64,000 nt of DNA from an uncultured Alphaproteobacteria bacterium (GCA_944389345.1 CALXMA010000004.1:14374-78373), one strand, 5' to 3'; positions 26,503 to 37,153 are shown, counted from the stretch's first letter. Notes: generated by a model not told the origin, from the sequence alone. A program made the numbers and translations.

Positions 26503-28083
26503 ATGAATATGTATCAATTGCTGGAACGTACGACGCAGACGTGGCCGGACAATTTGTTCTTGGTGCGTGAAAACGTTACGTTTACAGGATTTATAGAATT
26601 GGTTAAGGCACGGGCAACGTCTTTGCATAATGCGGGGGTGAAGCGTGGTGATGTTGTGGGGGTATTGGCGCACAATATACCAGAATTTCCAATAACGCTG
26701 TTCGCAATTTGGTATTTGGGCGGTGTGGCATTGTTGCTGGATACGAATTTAACGCCGTTTGAATACGACAATATGACCGCAACCACAGATTGTCATATGG
26801 TTTGTGCGGAAAAGTCTTTCTTTTATAAAACTAAAAACTTCAAATTCTATGATATAACCAAGAAAGACGGTAAAATTGACCCGAAACTGAAACCGGCACC
26901 GTTGGAATCAACGGATGTGGCGACACTGTCGTTTACGTCGGGTTCAACCGGTACGCCAAAGGTTGTGCCACTGACGCATTTTAACCTGATAGAATGTTCT
27001 AATTCATTGGAAGATATGCACGAATGGATTAAGCCGGGATTCATTATGTATGGGTTCTTGCCCATGTATCATATCTTTGGATTCGCGGTCGAATTGTTGG
27101 CGACGTTGCATTATGGGGCGGGGGTATTGTTGCAACCCAGCATCAATCCAAAAGAAATTATGGAAGATTTCAAAAAATATCGCCCGCATGTTATTCCCGC
27201 CGTCCCCAGATTGTGGGAGGTTTTACGCAACCGCATAATAGAAAATATTAAATCTCAGCATAAATGGTGGTTGGCGTCGTTCGTGCTGAAATACGGTAAA
27301 GTTTTGCAGAAAATTGGACTGGGGGCGTTGGTGCGCAAGGTTCAAGAACCTGTATTGGCCGTATTTGGTGGACGCGCAAAACTGTTAATCGCAGGTGGGG
27401 CCGCCACCAAGCCAGAGGTTGAAACGTTCTATGAACGGTTGGGGCTGACATTTATTCAGGGGTATGGTTTGACCGAAACCGTGGGACCAATCTGTATTTC
27501 TAAGCCCACTAAAAAACGCTTTCCGTTTGCGTTTGGTGGACCGACAACAAACAACGAATGCGAAATTCGTGATAAAAACGAAGATGGTATCGGGGTTCTG
27601 TGGTTGCGTGGACACCAGGTGTTTGGTGGATATCTGAATAATCCGGCCGTGAACAGCGAAGTGTTCGATGAACGCGGGTTCTTTAATACCGGGGATATGG
27701 TGTCTATGGATAAAAATGGCGAACTGCATTTCGCAGGGCGGAAAAAGCAGGTCATCGTTTTGGATTCTGGGAAAAATGTTTATCCAGATGAATTAGAAGC
27801 CATGTTTATGGAAATCCCAGGGGTCAAAAATGTTGCTGTGTTCGAACACAAGGTTAAAAACAAAACCGTAACGTACGGCGTGTTCAGTGTGGAACCAACA
27901 ATGACAATCGAAAAATTGGCCGCCGCGGTTGCCCAGGCGAATAAAAAGGTTGCTTCGTATAAATGGGTTACCCATTTTGCAATGACAACCGAAGATTTGC
28001 CCACCACCAGTACCCAAAAGGTTAAACATCACGTGGTGCGTCAGAATTTGATTGAGGGCAAATATCCAATTCGGCACGAATAA
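26503..28083 (+). CDS. AMP-dependent synthetase/ligase (long-chain fatty-acid-CoA ligase-like)
   Basis: The AMP-binding motif is LSFTSGSTGTPKVV. Further motifs are ...YGLTET..., ...GDMVSMDKNGELHFAGRKK and a C-terminal ...TSTQKVKHHVV. Confidence 0.8.
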   Translation: MNMYQLLERTTQTWPDNLFLVRENVTFTGFIELVKARATSLHNAGVKRGDVVGVLAHNIPEFPITLFAIWYLGGVALLLDTNLTPFEYDNMTATTDCHMVCAEKSFFYKTKNFKFYDITKKDGKIDPKLKPAPLESTDVATLSFTSGSTGTPKVVPLTHFNLIECSNSLEDMHEWIKPGFIMYGFLPMYHIFGFAVELLATLHYGAGVLLQPSINPKEIMEDFKKYRPHVIPAVPRLWEVLRNRIIENIKSQHKWWLASFVLKYGKVLQKIGLGALVRKVQEPVLAVFGGRAKLLIAGGAATKPEVETFYERLGLTFIQGYGLTETVGPICISKPTKKRFPFAFGGPTTNNECEIRDKNEDGIGVLWLRGHQVFGGYLNNPAVNSEVFDERGFFNTGDMVSMDKNGELHFAGRKKQVIVLDSGKNVYPDELEAMFMEIPGVKNVAVFEHKVKNKTVTYGVFSVEPTMTIEKLAAAVAQANKKVASYKWVTHFAMTTEDLPTTSTQKVKHHVVRQNLIEGKYPIRHE

Positions 28084-28086
28084 AAA

Positions 28087-28116
28087 ATCCCCGGTTTTAT
28101 TCCGGGGATTTTTTTG
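28087..28116 (+). terminator. Rho-independent terminator
   Basis: Stem ATCCCCGG / CCGGGGAT with loop TTTTATT, followed by a run of 7 T. An A-run lies upstream, so it is potentially bidirectional. Confidence 0.75.
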
Positions 28117-28214
28117 GTCTTGGTCCGTGGAGTGGAAATTATTTAGTTAAAGCGTTTTGATAACTTTATAAAAATTATCGTAAAAATAATACGATATTTG
28201 ACAGGGTTAATAAA

Positions 28215-29525
28215 TTACTTTCCCAGACACAGTTGTGAAAATGTCGCGTCCAGAACGTCTGATGCGGTTATGGTTCCCAAGATTTTTCCAATTGCGTCGG
28301 CCGCGCGGTGTGTGTGTTCTGCAAAAATGTCATAGTGTTCGGATGGTGTATCCAACGCCGATTTTAATTCTGTTTTGGCGTTTGTCAGCAATTCGTATGT
28401 GCGGGCGTTTACCGCAACACCCGATTCCGCCGTTTCGGCGATTTTAGATATTTTTTTACGGATTGCGGTCATTAATGCCTTTATCCCCGTGCCGGTTTTA
28501 GTTGATGTGTATATCGCGCCACGTATGTGTGGGGTATCGCCCAGGTCTGATTTATTTATAACATATATTGTATTTGGTGCGGGGCGGGGTGGAATTTTTG
28601 TTGTGTTGTTTGCACATTGTACATTAATAATAATGTCGGCGTTTTTTATTTCTGATTGGGTGCGTGCGATTCCGATTTTTTCAACCGTGTCGGTCGCGTC
28701 GCGCAGGCCCGCCGTATCAGACAAATTCACCATATACCCATCAATGTCCAGGTTCGCAGATACCACGTCGCGTGTTGTGCCGGGGGTGTCGGATACTATC
28801 GCGCGGTTGGTTCCGACAATTGTATTAAACAATGATGATTTACCAACATTTACATCGCCCGTTAAAACAATGTTAATTCCGCCGCGGATAGCGCGCACCG
28901 CCGTATGGCGCGAAAGCGCATTGTCGATTTCGTCGTATAATTTTTTTGTCTTGGTGCGGATTGTTTGGCCGATGTTGGCCGGCAATTCGTCGTCGGCATA
29001 GTCTAATATCGCGGCCGCGTATGCAGAAATTTCTATCATCTGGGTGCGCCAATCGTTGTATGTTTCACTGTCCCCGCCCAACATAGATGCCAGCGCAGAT
29101 TTTCGTTGGGCATCCGTCTGGGCGTCCAGCAATGCGACCAATCCGTCAATATCCGCCAAATCCATTTTATTATTATAAAATGCGCGACGTGAAAATTCAC
29201 CGGGTATCGCCATGCGGGCGCCCATATCACGCAAATATTCAAATACTTTGTTTATCACCGCCGGTGCGCCGTGTGAATATATTTCAATTATGTCTGTACC
29301 GGTAAAAGAGTGGGGCGCAGAAAAATATACGGCAATAACCTGGTCAATTAAATCGCCAGATGTGTCGCGAAAGTTTGCAAAATATGCGTGGCGTGCGTCT
29401 GCCGATTTGCGATTTGTGATTTGCAAAAACAGATTATACAAATCGTCGCCCGATACACGTATGACCGCCACACCGGATTTTCCGTGCCCCGACGACAGCG
29501 CAAAAATTGTTTCGTTATTGTTCAT
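28215..29525 (-). CDS. mnmE: tRNA modification GTPase MnmE (TrmE)
   Basis: It begins MNNNETIFALSSGHGKSGVAVIRVSG. The G-domain has GDVNVGKSSLFN and DTAG, and the C-terminus ends CLGK (the conserved Cys tetrapeptide). Confidence 0.92.
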   Translation of the reverse strand: MNNNETIFALSSGHGKSGVAVIRVSGDDLYNLFLQITNRKSADARHAYFANFRDTSGDLIDQVIAVYFSAPHSFTGTDIIEIYSHGAPAVINKVFEYLRDMGARMAIPGEFSRRAFYNNKMDLADIDGLVALLDAQTDAQRKSALASMLGGDSETYNDWRTQMIEISAYAAAILDYADDELPANIGQTIRTKTKKLYDEIDNALSRHTAVRAIRGGINIVLTGDVNVGKSSLFNTIVGTNRAIVSDTPGTTRDVVSANLDIDGYMVNLSDTAGLRDATDTVEKIGIARTQSEIKNADIIINVQCANNTTKIPPRPAPNTIYVINKSDLGDTPHIRGAIYTSTKTGTGIKALMTAIRKKISKIAETAESGVAVNARTYELLTNAKTELKSALDTPSEHYDIFAEHTHRAADAIGKILGTITASDVLDATFSQLCLGK

Positions 29526-30106
29526 TTTTGTTTATTCCCACTGATTTCTTTTAATGCCATTGGAACCAATTTTGCAACGTCGGCGGTTGGGTTGGCCGAT
29601 ACCAATTTTTGCGCCATATCCACAATGTCCAATCTGCGGTATCCCAATGATTCCAGGGCCGCCAGTAAATCAGGCAATGCACCAGGCGCACCCAATGTAT
29701 CCGGGGTAAACAGTGATGCACCGGCGATTTTGTTCTTTAATTCAACAATGATTTTTTCTGCGACCTTTTTCCCGACGCCCGGCGCAGATGTTATCGTTTT
29801 GGCGTCGCCCGTCGCAATTGCCGACATAATTGTATCTGTTTTTATGGCGCCCATTATTGCCAATGCCAGTTTTGGGCCAACACCCGATACGGCCGTCAAT
29901 TGGTTAAACAGGTTTTGTGCGGCCAGACTGGAAAATCCGAACAGGCGAATTGAATCTTCACGCACAACGGTTTCAATCCATAATGACACCGTTGATTTTG
30001 GTGTCAGGTATTCAGTGGTAAAAACCTTGTACCCGACGGGGCCCGCCATCAAGATGATAAATCCGTCGCCTGTATAGTCAACAATACCTTGCAATTTTCC
30101 AATCAT
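29522..30106 (-). CDS. ruvA: Holliday junction DNA helicase subunit RuvA
   Basis: It begins MIGKLQGIVDYTGDGFIILMAGPVGYKV. A helix-hairpin-helix pair reads ...LFNQLTAVSGVGPKLALAIM...LTSAPGVGKKVAEKII. Its 3' end overlaps the mnmE start by 4 bp. No ruvB lies downstream. Confidence 0.88.
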   Translation of the reverse strand: MIGKLQGIVDYTGDGFIILMAGPVGYKVFTTEYLTPKSTVSLWIETVVREDSIRLFGFSSLAAQNLFNQLTAVSGVGPKLALAIMGAIKTDTIMSAIATGDAKTITSAPGVGKKVAEKIIVELKNKIAGASLFTPDTLGAPGALPDLLAALESLGYRRLDIVDMAQKLVSANPTADVAKLVPMALKEISGNKQK

Positions 30107-30158
30107 TTGTTATCCTTATCCCAGTAATTTTAATTCAATATATATAAAAGGTCAAATT

Positions 30159-30875
30159 ATGAGTGGACACAGCAAGTGGCATAATATTCAGCACAAAAAA
30201 GGGGCCGTCGATGCGGCGCGCAGTGGGTTGTTTACTAAGTTGGCGCGCGAAATAACAATGGCGGCAAAGTTGGGCGATAAAAATCCAGATAATAATCCGC
30301 GGTTGCGTCTGGCGATTCTGAACGCACGCAAGAATTCTATGCCGAATGATAATATCAAGCGCGCAATTGACAAGGCATCGGGCGCAAATACAGAAAACTA
30401 TGTTGCCGTTCGGTATGAAGGATATGGGCCAGGGGCCGTTCCTGTGATTGTCGAAGCGTTGACCGATAACCCACGTCGTACCGTGCCAGAGGTTCGTAAT
30501 ATTTTTGCCAAAAACGGCGGAAATATGGGCGAAGAGGGCAGCGTTGTGTTTATGTTTACACGTGCGGGACAAATTTTCTATCCGGCATCCGTTGGTAAAA
30601 CCGAAGATGAAATGATGGAAATCATTATGGATGTAAATGCCGATAACCTGGAATCAGATGAAGAAGGTTTTATTATCACGACCAAGCCTGATGATTTTAT
30701 GACTATTCAAAAGGCGTTGTCTGATAAACTGGGGGAACCGGAACGTGCGGAATTAACATGGATTCCGAATATGCCAATGGATTTAGATGATGAAGCGTAT
30801 GCCAAGTTGGAAAAATTGGTGGATGCGCTGGACGATAATGACGACGTGCAAAAGGTATTTACCGCCGCCGCATAA
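30159..30875 (+). CDS. YebC/PmpR-family DNA-binding transcriptional regulator
   Basis: It begins MSGHSKWHNIQHKKGAVDAARSGLFTKLAREI, which is canonical for the family. It lies upstream of ruvC as in many bacteria. Confidence 0.9.
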   Translation: MSGHSKWHNIQHKKGAVDAARSGLFTKLAREITMAAKLGDKNPDNNPRLRLAILNARKNSMPNDNIKRAIDKASGANTENYVAVRYEGYGPGAVPVIVEALTDNPRRTVPEVRNIFAKNGGNMGEEGSVVFMFTRAGQIFYPASVGKTEDEMMEIIMDVNADNLESDEEGFIITTKPDDFMTIQKALSDKLGEPERAELTWIPNMPMDLDDEAYAKLEKLVDALDDNDDVQKVFTAAA

Positions 30876-30980
30876 ATCTGTGTCTGGTTTTTAATGCAGG
30901 TCCGCGCCCAGGTGCGCGGATTTTTTGTATTTATTAAAATATGTGGTATCATACATATATTATATAGGTAGAAGTAAAAT

Positions 30981-31457
30981 ATGCGTGTGTTGGGAATTGA
31001 CCCGGGGTTGTTGCATACGGGTTGGGCGGTTGTTGATTCTGTGGGGACGCGACGGCACTATGTCGCCAGTGGGGTTATTTTGCCCAAGACGTCTGCACCG
31101 TTGGCGGAACGGTTGGCGGTAATTTTTCGGGGTGTGTCAGATTTGTGTGAACAGTTTTCACCAGATGTGTGCAGTATCGAAATAACTTTTGTTAATCAAA
31201 ATCCAAGAACAACATTGATTTTAGGACATGCCCGTGCCGCCGCGATTGTGGCGGTGGCGAATCGTGATATTCCCATATACGAATATGAACCGAATAAAAT
31301 TAAAAAGGCATTGACGTCTGCGGGGCATGCCGATAAAGACCAGGTTTATAAAATGGTGCGTATGTTGTTGCCGGGGGCGAATCCAAAAACATCTGATGAA
31401 AGCGATGCAATCGCAATTGCGTTGGCGCATACCAATATGGCCAGATTTGGGTTATAA
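30981..31457 (+). CDS. ruvC: Crossover junction endodeoxyribonuclease RuvC
   Basis: It begins MRVLGIDPGLLHTGWAVVD. A catalytic acidic residue sits in ...SIEITFVNQNPRTTL... and the C-terminus reads ...SDAIAIALAH. Confidence 0.9.
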   Translation: MRVLGIDPGLLHTGWAVVDSVGTRRHYVASGVILPKTSAPLAERLAVIFRGVSDLCEQFSPDVCSIEITFVNQNPRTTLILGHARAAAIVAVANRDIPIYEYEPNKIKKALTSAGHADKDQVYKMVRMLLPGANPKTSDESDAIAIALAHTNMARFGL

Positions 31458-31506
31458 TGTTTTGCTTTTTCTGGTATAATTACACTGTATCCAAAGGAGC
31501 CCCAAA

Positions 31507-31785
31507 ATGAAAAAAGAATATGAAGAAGTCCATCGGGCGAAAATGTTGTCTGTGCAACGTGTGTTGTTTCGGGCGTTTGTTATAAACTTTGCGCTGGTTT
31601 TTGCGGTTTGGTTGCTGACGTTTTGGCCAACGTTTATGTATTTGCTGGTCGGTATTACGGGGGTGTCTTTGCCGACAATGTATATTTCTGTGATAGGGTG
31701 TTTGGCCATTTGGAAATTGGCGGGCGTCGTTTTATTCTTGGTGCCGGCTGTTGCCATTTGGTGGGAACGCAAGGTTATGAAATAG
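31507..31785 (+). CDS. Small hypothetical membrane protein (92 aa, ~3 TM)
   Basis: It contains hydrophobic helices and a GGAG ribosome-binding site. I recognise no family. Confidence 0.4.
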   Translation: MKKEYEEVHRAKMLSVQRVLFRAFVINFALVFAVWLLTFWPTFMYLLVGITGVSLPTMYISVIGCLAIWKLAGVVLFLVPAVAIWWERKVMK

Positions 31786-31837
31786 CAATCGCCCCGTTGG
31801 GGCGATTTTTTATATATCGTTTTTTATTGTTTGATTT

Positions 31838-32167
31838 TTATTTTCTGAAACTGATTTTTGCAACCGCGTCATGACCAAAGTATTTGTTTATCTTGTTCGT
31901 GATTTCGTCGGACATATATGATAACTGTAATGTGAATGCCGGGTTGGCCGGGCGCAATGTTATATTAAACTTGCCATCGCGGGTTTTCTTTATCGCAACA
32001 ATTTTTGCAATCGATGAAATTTCTGGGCCCATAATTGTATCCCACCGTGCAACCAGGTCTGCATCAGATGCGCGTACGCCAAATATTCGCAACAGTCCGC
32101 CCATCGCACCCGCAATTGTTTGCGGGCGGGCAATGCGATGCGTGAATTTATTTTGTGGGTTCGACAT
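31838..32167 (-). CDS. DUF721 (DciA-like) small protein
   Basis: 109 aa. The pattern ...LRIFGVRASDADLVARWDTIMGPEISSIAKIVAIKKTRDGKFNITLRPANPAFTLQLSYMSDEITNKINKYFG...ISFR matches the DUF721 architecture (an E/W-x-I-VG-P...V-V...S-W...EL...I...N). Confidence 0.55.
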   Translation of the reverse strand: MSNPQNKFTHRIARPQTIAGAMGGLLRIFGVRASDADLVARWDTIMGPEISSIAKIVAIKKTRDGKFNITLRPANPAFTLQLSYMSDEITNKINKYFGHDAVAKISFRK

Positions 32168-33251
32168 AACTGTATTCTTTGGGCATTAATATGAACATTT
32201 GACCCTGGGCGTGTTGGCCGTGGGCGAATTGATATGCTTCTTCACCCTTGCCAAAGAATATGTCCGCACGAATCCAACCGCGAATTGCACTGCCGGTGTC
32301 TTGGGCAATCATCAGACGTGAAAATCTGCGCCCGTCGGACAGGTTGGTGTCAATGTACACCGGCATCCCCAGTGTGTATATGTCGTCGTCCATTGCAATC
32401 GAACGTATCTTTGACAACGGGGTGCCCAATTTGCCAATTACATCCGGTGGGACAGATTCATAGAAATATACATAGCGCGGATTGTTATATATAACTTCGC
32501 GGGCCAGGGTGGGGTTCTGTTTCAGGTATGACCACACCGCGTCCGCAGAATATCCGTTCGGTGGACGGATACCACGTGAACGCAACTGTTCCCCGATTGA
32601 TTTGAACGGCAAATCATTTACCGCCGCAAAGTTTAATTTTACCATGGTGCCATCGTCCAGTTGTAACATACCACTGCCTTGGATTTGGATGTTTTGGACA
32701 TCGACAATGTTGGCCCAGTACAGTACGCGTCCGATTTGTTGGTCTACGATTTGTTGTTTGGGGACACCCTTGTAATTACGACCGTCGGTTGGTACGCCCA
32801 TCAGTGGTTCGTTGCATGTGGCCGTTTTGGTTCGGCATGCCGGTATAATCGGTGAATAGTACCCAGTATACAGTCCGCGTTTTGACCCGTTGTCGTCAAT
32901 AACCTGGTACGGTTGGAAATTAGATTCAAACCATGCGCGAACCGTTGCAACGTCCGCCGATGCAGACGGCAACATACGGCATTTTTCCGCAAACAGTTCC
33001 GCATCTGGGACAACGCGTCCGCCAAACTGAATTCGTGCACGACATGAATTACGAAATGCCTGTAATGCATAACGAACGTCATCATTTCGCCATCCGGGTA
33101 AATCATTATATGATACACGGCGTAAATTGGATGGAATCACAGAATTATCACCACGGTGGGTTGGGGTTGATAAATCACAAGATGTTAATGCCAATGCGCA
33201 TATACCCAATGTAAATCCGCGCAACAGTACACGTTTTATCCAATTGGCCAT
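32148..33251 (-). CDS. mltA: Membrane-bound lytic murein transglycosylase A
   Basis: 367 aa. It is a lipoprotein (LTSC|DLS). The MltA-specific region ...YTGYYSPII... is followed by a 3D domain (...DTGSAIRGWIRADIFFGKGEEA...). Confidence 0.85.
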   Translation of the reverse strand: MANWIKRVLLRGFTLGICALALTSCDLSTPTHRGDNSVIPSNLRRVSYNDLPGWRNDDVRYALQAFRNSCRARIQFGGRVVPDAELFAEKCRMLPSASADVATVRAWFESNFQPYQVIDDNGSKRGLYTGYYSPIIPACRTKTATCNEPLMGVPTDGRNYKGVPKQQIVDQQIGRVLYWANIVDVQNIQIQGSGMLQLDDGTMVKLNFAAVNDLPFKSIGEQLRSRGIRPPNGYSADAVWSYLKQNPTLAREVIYNNPRYVYFYESVPPDVIGKLGTPLSKIRSIAMDDDIYTLGMPVYIDTNLSDGRRFSRLMIAQDTGSAIRGWIRADIFFGKGEEAYQFAHGQHAQGQMFILMPKEYSYVEPTK

Positions 33252-33335
33252 TTTTATTTATCCCCCCCACTTGTAAAACAATATCACTAGTGTTATATTA
33301 TCATAAAATGATGCGTAAAAAAAGGAGTAAACGCA

Positions 33336-33770
33336 ATGGCAAAATTTAAGATTATTTCGCAATTCTTGAAAGATTTTTCTTTCGAAAGCCCGAATGTACC
33401 AGAATTGTTCTTTAAGCGCGAAAATACCCAGGCGAAATTGGAAATAAATATCGATTTGCAAATCAAGGGTGCCGAAAATAATTTGTTTATGGTTGATTTG
33501 ATTACCAAGGTTCATTCTAAGTTGGATGAGGGTGAAAAATCTATATTCTTGATTGAATCCACGTATTCGGGTCTGGTTCAGATGGACGAATCCAAGGATG
33601 AAGAAGACAAAAAACGTGCATTGTTGATAGATGTGCCGACATTGTTGTTCCCGTCTGTACGTGCGTTGGTTGTACGCGCAACGGCGGAATCAGGGTTCCC
33701 GGCATTTGTTATGCAACCCGTGGATTTCAAAAAATTGTACGAAGATAAACAGAAAGAAGCATCTAAATAA
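33336..33770 (+). CDS. secB: Protein-export chaperone SecB
   Basis: It begins MAKFKIISQFLKDFSFESPNVPELFFK. A SecB-like beta-sheet is followed by a C-terminal acidic helix. Length is 144 aa. Confidence 0.85.
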   Translation: MAKFKIISQFLKDFSFESPNVPELFFKRENTQAKLEINIDLQIKGAENNLFMVDLITKVHSKLDEGEKSIFLIESTYSGLVQMDESKDEEDKKRALLIDVPTLLFPSVRALVVRATAESGFPAFVMQPVDFKKLYEDKQKEASK

Positions 33771-33799
33771 CATCATACATATTATATATATGTGTATTG

Positions 33800-33834
33800 G
33801 GGTTCGTGCAGAAATGCACGGACCTTTTTATTTT
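33800..33834 (+). terminator. Rho-independent terminator after secB
   Basis: Stem GGTTCGTGCA / TGCACGGACC (one G-U pair) with loop GAAA, followed by TTTTT. Confidence 0.7.
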
Positions 33835-33862
33835 CGTATTTTTATGATAGAATAATAGGGCT

Positions 33863-35047
33863 ATGGCCAAGGACAAGTATATTTCTGTGAAAAATGGTGT
33901 CAGCGGGTTTTCTTTTGCAAACCTGGGGTTGTTTACTGGGTTCGCAGATGGTATTTATAATGCCGTATATTCTTTGGTGTTGATGGAAATATTCACTAAT
34001 TCCGCGGTCGTTGGTGTCTATGTCGCAATATATGCGTTCTTTTGCATGATAGTTGGTTTGTTCGCAAATGAGGTGTTCAGACGGTTTTCCAAGGTGCGGG
34101 TGTTCTATTTCGCAATGCTGATGATGGCGATATGCTATGCGATGATGAGTTTTTCTATCCGGCCCAGCACGTTCGTTATACTGGATTTTACAACCGGGGT
34201 GGCGATTACGTTGGTCGGGGTGTTGATTCCGCTGTTTATGTCTGATTTTTCCAAGAACATAGGTATGGCCCGATTGAATTCACGGTATCATTTGTGGATG
34301 AATGTCGGTGCGTTGTTTGCGCCAATGATTGCCGTCGCCATCGCAGACCAATTTACAAATCGCAGTGCGTTTTTTGCGTCTGCGTTGATTTACTTCGCGG
34401 GGTGGTTGTCGTTCAAGTTTTTCCATGTTGTCCAAGAAGATAAACGGATTACACCGGTAAATCCGCGCAAGACCGTGCGGGCGTTGGTGAAAAATGCCGT
34501 CGCGTTTTTCAAGCGTCCCGGTATGCCACGGGCATACGCTGTTAATTTTGGGTATTATTCTTTGCGGGCAATGCGATACTTGTATGTGCCGATTGTCGTT
34601 ATGGAAAACGGTTTTTCCAAAGATACGTTGGGGTGGGTGTTAACGTTGGGGATTATTCCGTATCTGGTGTTGTCGGAAATGATGGCCGGATTGGTTCGGC
34701 GGTACGGCAAGAAAAAATGGCTGTTTGTTGGATTTTCTTCGTTTGCGGTGTTTTCTGCGCTGGCCACGTTTGTTGGGGGATGGCCGTTGTTGGCTATATT
34801 TGTTATGTGGCAGGTGTCTGGGGCGTTGATGGAATCTGTGCATGATTTGTTATTCTTTGATACCGCAAAAAAGACCGAACAAACAAGGTATTATGGAATC
34901 TTTCGTACCAGTGTCAATTTGCCAAACGTTGTTGCACCAATTTTGGGCGCGGTGTGTATAACTGTGTTCGGCGGAACGTCGGCCGTTTGGGTTGTGACCG
35001 CCGTTATTGGGGCAATATCGGCGTTGTTGGTTATGGCCAAGAAATAG
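33863..35047 (+). CDS. MFS-family transporter
   Basis: 394 aa with about 12 predicted hydrophobic helices, short loops and MFS-like spacing. Confidence 0.7.
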   Translation: MAKDKYISVKNGVSGFSFANLGLFTGFADGIYNAVYSLVLMEIFTNSAVVGVYVAIYAFFCMIVGLFANEVFRRFSKVRVFYFAMLMMAICYAMMSFSIRPSTFVILDFTTGVAITLVGVLIPLFMSDFSKNIGMARLNSRYHLWMNVGALFAPMIAVAIADQFTNRSAFFASALIYFAGWLSFKFFHVVQEDKRITPVNPRKTVRALVKNAVAFFKRPGMPRAYAVNFGYYSLRAMRYLYVPIVVMENGFSKDTLGWVLTLGIIPYLVLSEMMAGLVRRYGKKKWLFVGFSSFAVFSALATFVGGWPLLAIFVMWQVSGALMESVHDLLFFDTAKKTEQTRYYGIFRTSVNLPNVVAPILGAVCITVFGGTSAVWVVTAVIGAISALLVMAKK

Positions 35048-35136
35048 GGGACGCAACAGGGAAAATACCGCAAATTTTATTGCGAAGTGGGTAAATAAAT
35101 TGTATTATTTTCCTGATAAGAAAAGGGGAAATGTTT

Positions 35137-36234
35137 ATGGCAAAAAAAGAAGTCGCAAAAGATGTTTCGGCACCGGCAAAAAATCCGGCGTTGGAATCTG
35201 CGTTGGCACAAATTCAAAAGCAATTCGGTAAAGACGCAATTATGAAAATGGGCGATGGGTCCCAGCAGGGGATTGAGGCTATTTCGTCCGGGTCTTTGGG
35301 ATTGGATATCGCGTTGGGAATTGGTGGGTATCCGCGCGGGCGAATTGTTGAAATTTATGGTCCGGAAAGCAGTGGTAAAACCACACTGGCATTGCATGCC
35401 GTGGCCGAAGCGCAAAAAAAAGGTGGGACTTGCGCATATATTGATGCGGAAAATGCGTTGGATCCGTCGTATGCAAAAAAACTGGGTGTTGATGTCGCAA
35501 ATTTAATTATATCCCAGCCGGATTCCGGGGAACAGGCGTTGGAAATTGCCGATACGCTGATTAAATCTGGGGCGGTTGATGTTGTTGTTATCGATTCGGT
35601 TGCGGCACTGGTGCCCAAGGCGGAATTAGAGGGTAATATTGGTGATTCTTTTGTTGGAACAACCGCGCGGTTGATGTCGCAGAGTTTGAAAAAATTGGCG
35701 GGGTCTGTGTCGCGCAGTAATACGCTGTTAATCTTTATTAATCAAATCCGTATGAAGATTGGGGTTATGTTTGGAAACCCGGAAACGACATCTGGGGGGA
35801 ATGCGTTAAAGTTCTATGCGTCGGTGCGTCTGGATATTCGTCGCACGGGTCAGATTAAGGATAAAGAAAACGTTATCGGTAATGAAACGCGTGTTAAAAT
35901 TGTTAAAAACAAGGTTGCGCCACCATTCCGTACCGTCGATTTCAAAATTATGTATGGCGAAGGTATTTCCCGTATCAGTGAAATTCTGGACATGGGGGTA
36001 AAGTACGATTTTATCGAAAAAGCCGGCAGTTTTTATTCTTATAATAATGAACGTATGGGCCAGGGTGAAAATAATGCGCGTCAATGGTTGCGCGATCACC
36101 CAGATGTTCAACAGGAATTGTTAGATAAAATTATGGCGCGCGCAAATGGTATCGCCGAAGAAATGACAACGGGGCCGGCCGATGACGATGATGTTGTCGG
36201 ACAGGATGTGGCGCCGGTTGAAGGGGATTTATAA
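35137..36234 (+). CDS. recA: Recombinase RecA
   Basis: Walker A is GPESSGKTT. Further motifs are ...[17 protein letters not shown]..., the L2 loop region ...[35 protein letters not shown] and an acidic C-terminal tail. The start is taken at MAKKEV (AAGGGGAA lies 6 nt upstream). Confidence 0.97.
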   Translation: MAKKEVAKDVSAPAKNPALESALAQIQKQFGKDAIMKMGDGSQQGIEAISSGSLGLDIALGIGGYPRGRIVEIYGPESSGKTTLALHAVAEAQKKGGTCAYIDAENALDPSYAKKLGVDVANLIISQPDSGEQALEIADTLIKSGAVDVVVIDSVAALVPKAELEGNIGDSFVGTTARLMSQSLKKLAGSVSRSNTLLIFINQIRMKIGVMFGNPETTSGGNALKFYASVRLDIRRTGQIKDKENVIGNETRVKIVKNKVAPPFRTVDFKIMYGEGISRISEILDMGVKYDFIEKAGSFYSYNNERMGQGENNARQWLRDHPDVQQELLDKIMARANGIAEEMTTGPADDDDVVGQDVAPVEGDL

Positions 36235-36247
36235 AAAAGGGGTAAAT

Positions 36248-37153
36248 ATGAATTTGGCCAGAATTTGGACTCTGTCGGGTGTGGTTTTGCGTGGGCATGT
36301 GTTGAATTGGTTTTGGCGGGACCGTGCCGTGCGTCATGATATTCGTGGCGATGTAATAGGAACGGCGTTGCCAAAATATTTTCGGCGCTATTTATCAGCA
36401 GTTGAACGTATGCCCGTCAGAAGTGTGGTCAAAGACGATGCAAACGAAAAAATATTTACCATCTGGTTACAGGGCGAAGACAATGCGCCACCGTTGGTCA
36501 AGGCCTGCTATCGCAGTGTGCGAAAGCATTGCAAGCAAGAATTGGTGGTGTTGGACGAAAAAACGTTGCCACAATATATTACTCTGCCAGATGTAATTAT
36601 GAAAAAACGCGCCCAGGGAAAAATTAAAAACGCGCATTTCGCGGATATTTGTAGGGTGGAATTATTATATAAGTATGGCGGTTTTTGGTTGGATTCAACC
36701 GGATTTGTTACCGCACCAATTCCTGATTGGATTGTGAATGAAGATTTCTTTGTGTTCATGGCGGGGCACGCGGGCAGTCCGTACAGTTTTATACAAAACT
36801 GTTTCATTCGGGCGCGTCGGGGTGCGTATTTGCTGGATGCGTGGCGGGCAATGATTCTGGATTACTGGACCCATGAAAACAGCAACTTTGATTATTTTAT
36901 GCACCAATTAATGTTCAAGACATTGGTCATGTATGACGAACGTGCAAAAAAAGAATTCGCCAAAATGCCACATGTCGACCAAGATCCGACCCATGCGCTG
37001 TGGTGGGAATATTGTGATAAGCCGTTTAATCAAAAAACATTTGATTCTGTTGTGGCGCCCGTGTTCTTTCAAAAGACTACGTATGCCCAGGCTAAAAATC
37101 CAATCCCGGGCAGTTTCGCAGATGTTATGATTAATAAAATGAACCAAGACTGA
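36248..37153 (+). CDS. Capsular-polysaccharide-synthesis-like glycosyltransferase (DxD sugar-binding type)
   Basis: It has ...IFTIWLQGEDNAPPLVKACYRSVRKH... and ...YKYGGFWLDSTGF..., which resemble the Caps_synth/Gly_transf_sug family. The start is at MNLARIW (AAGGGG ribosome-binding site). The ORF track start lies inside recA. Confidence 0.6.
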   Translation: MNLARIWTLSGVVLRGHVLNWFWRDRAVRHDIRGDVIGTALPKYFRRYLSAVERMPVRSVVKDDANEKIFTIWLQGEDNAPPLVKACYRSVRKHCKQELVVLDEKTLPQYITLPDVIMKKRAQGKIKNAHFADICRVELLYKYGGFWLDSTGFVTAPIPDWIVNEDFFVFMAGHAGSPYSFIQNCFIRARRGAYLLDAWRAMILDYWTHENSNFDYFMHQLMFKTLVMYDERAKKEFAKMPHVDQDPTHALWWEYCDKPFNQKTFDSVVAPVFFQKTTYAQAKNPIPGSFADVMINKMNQD

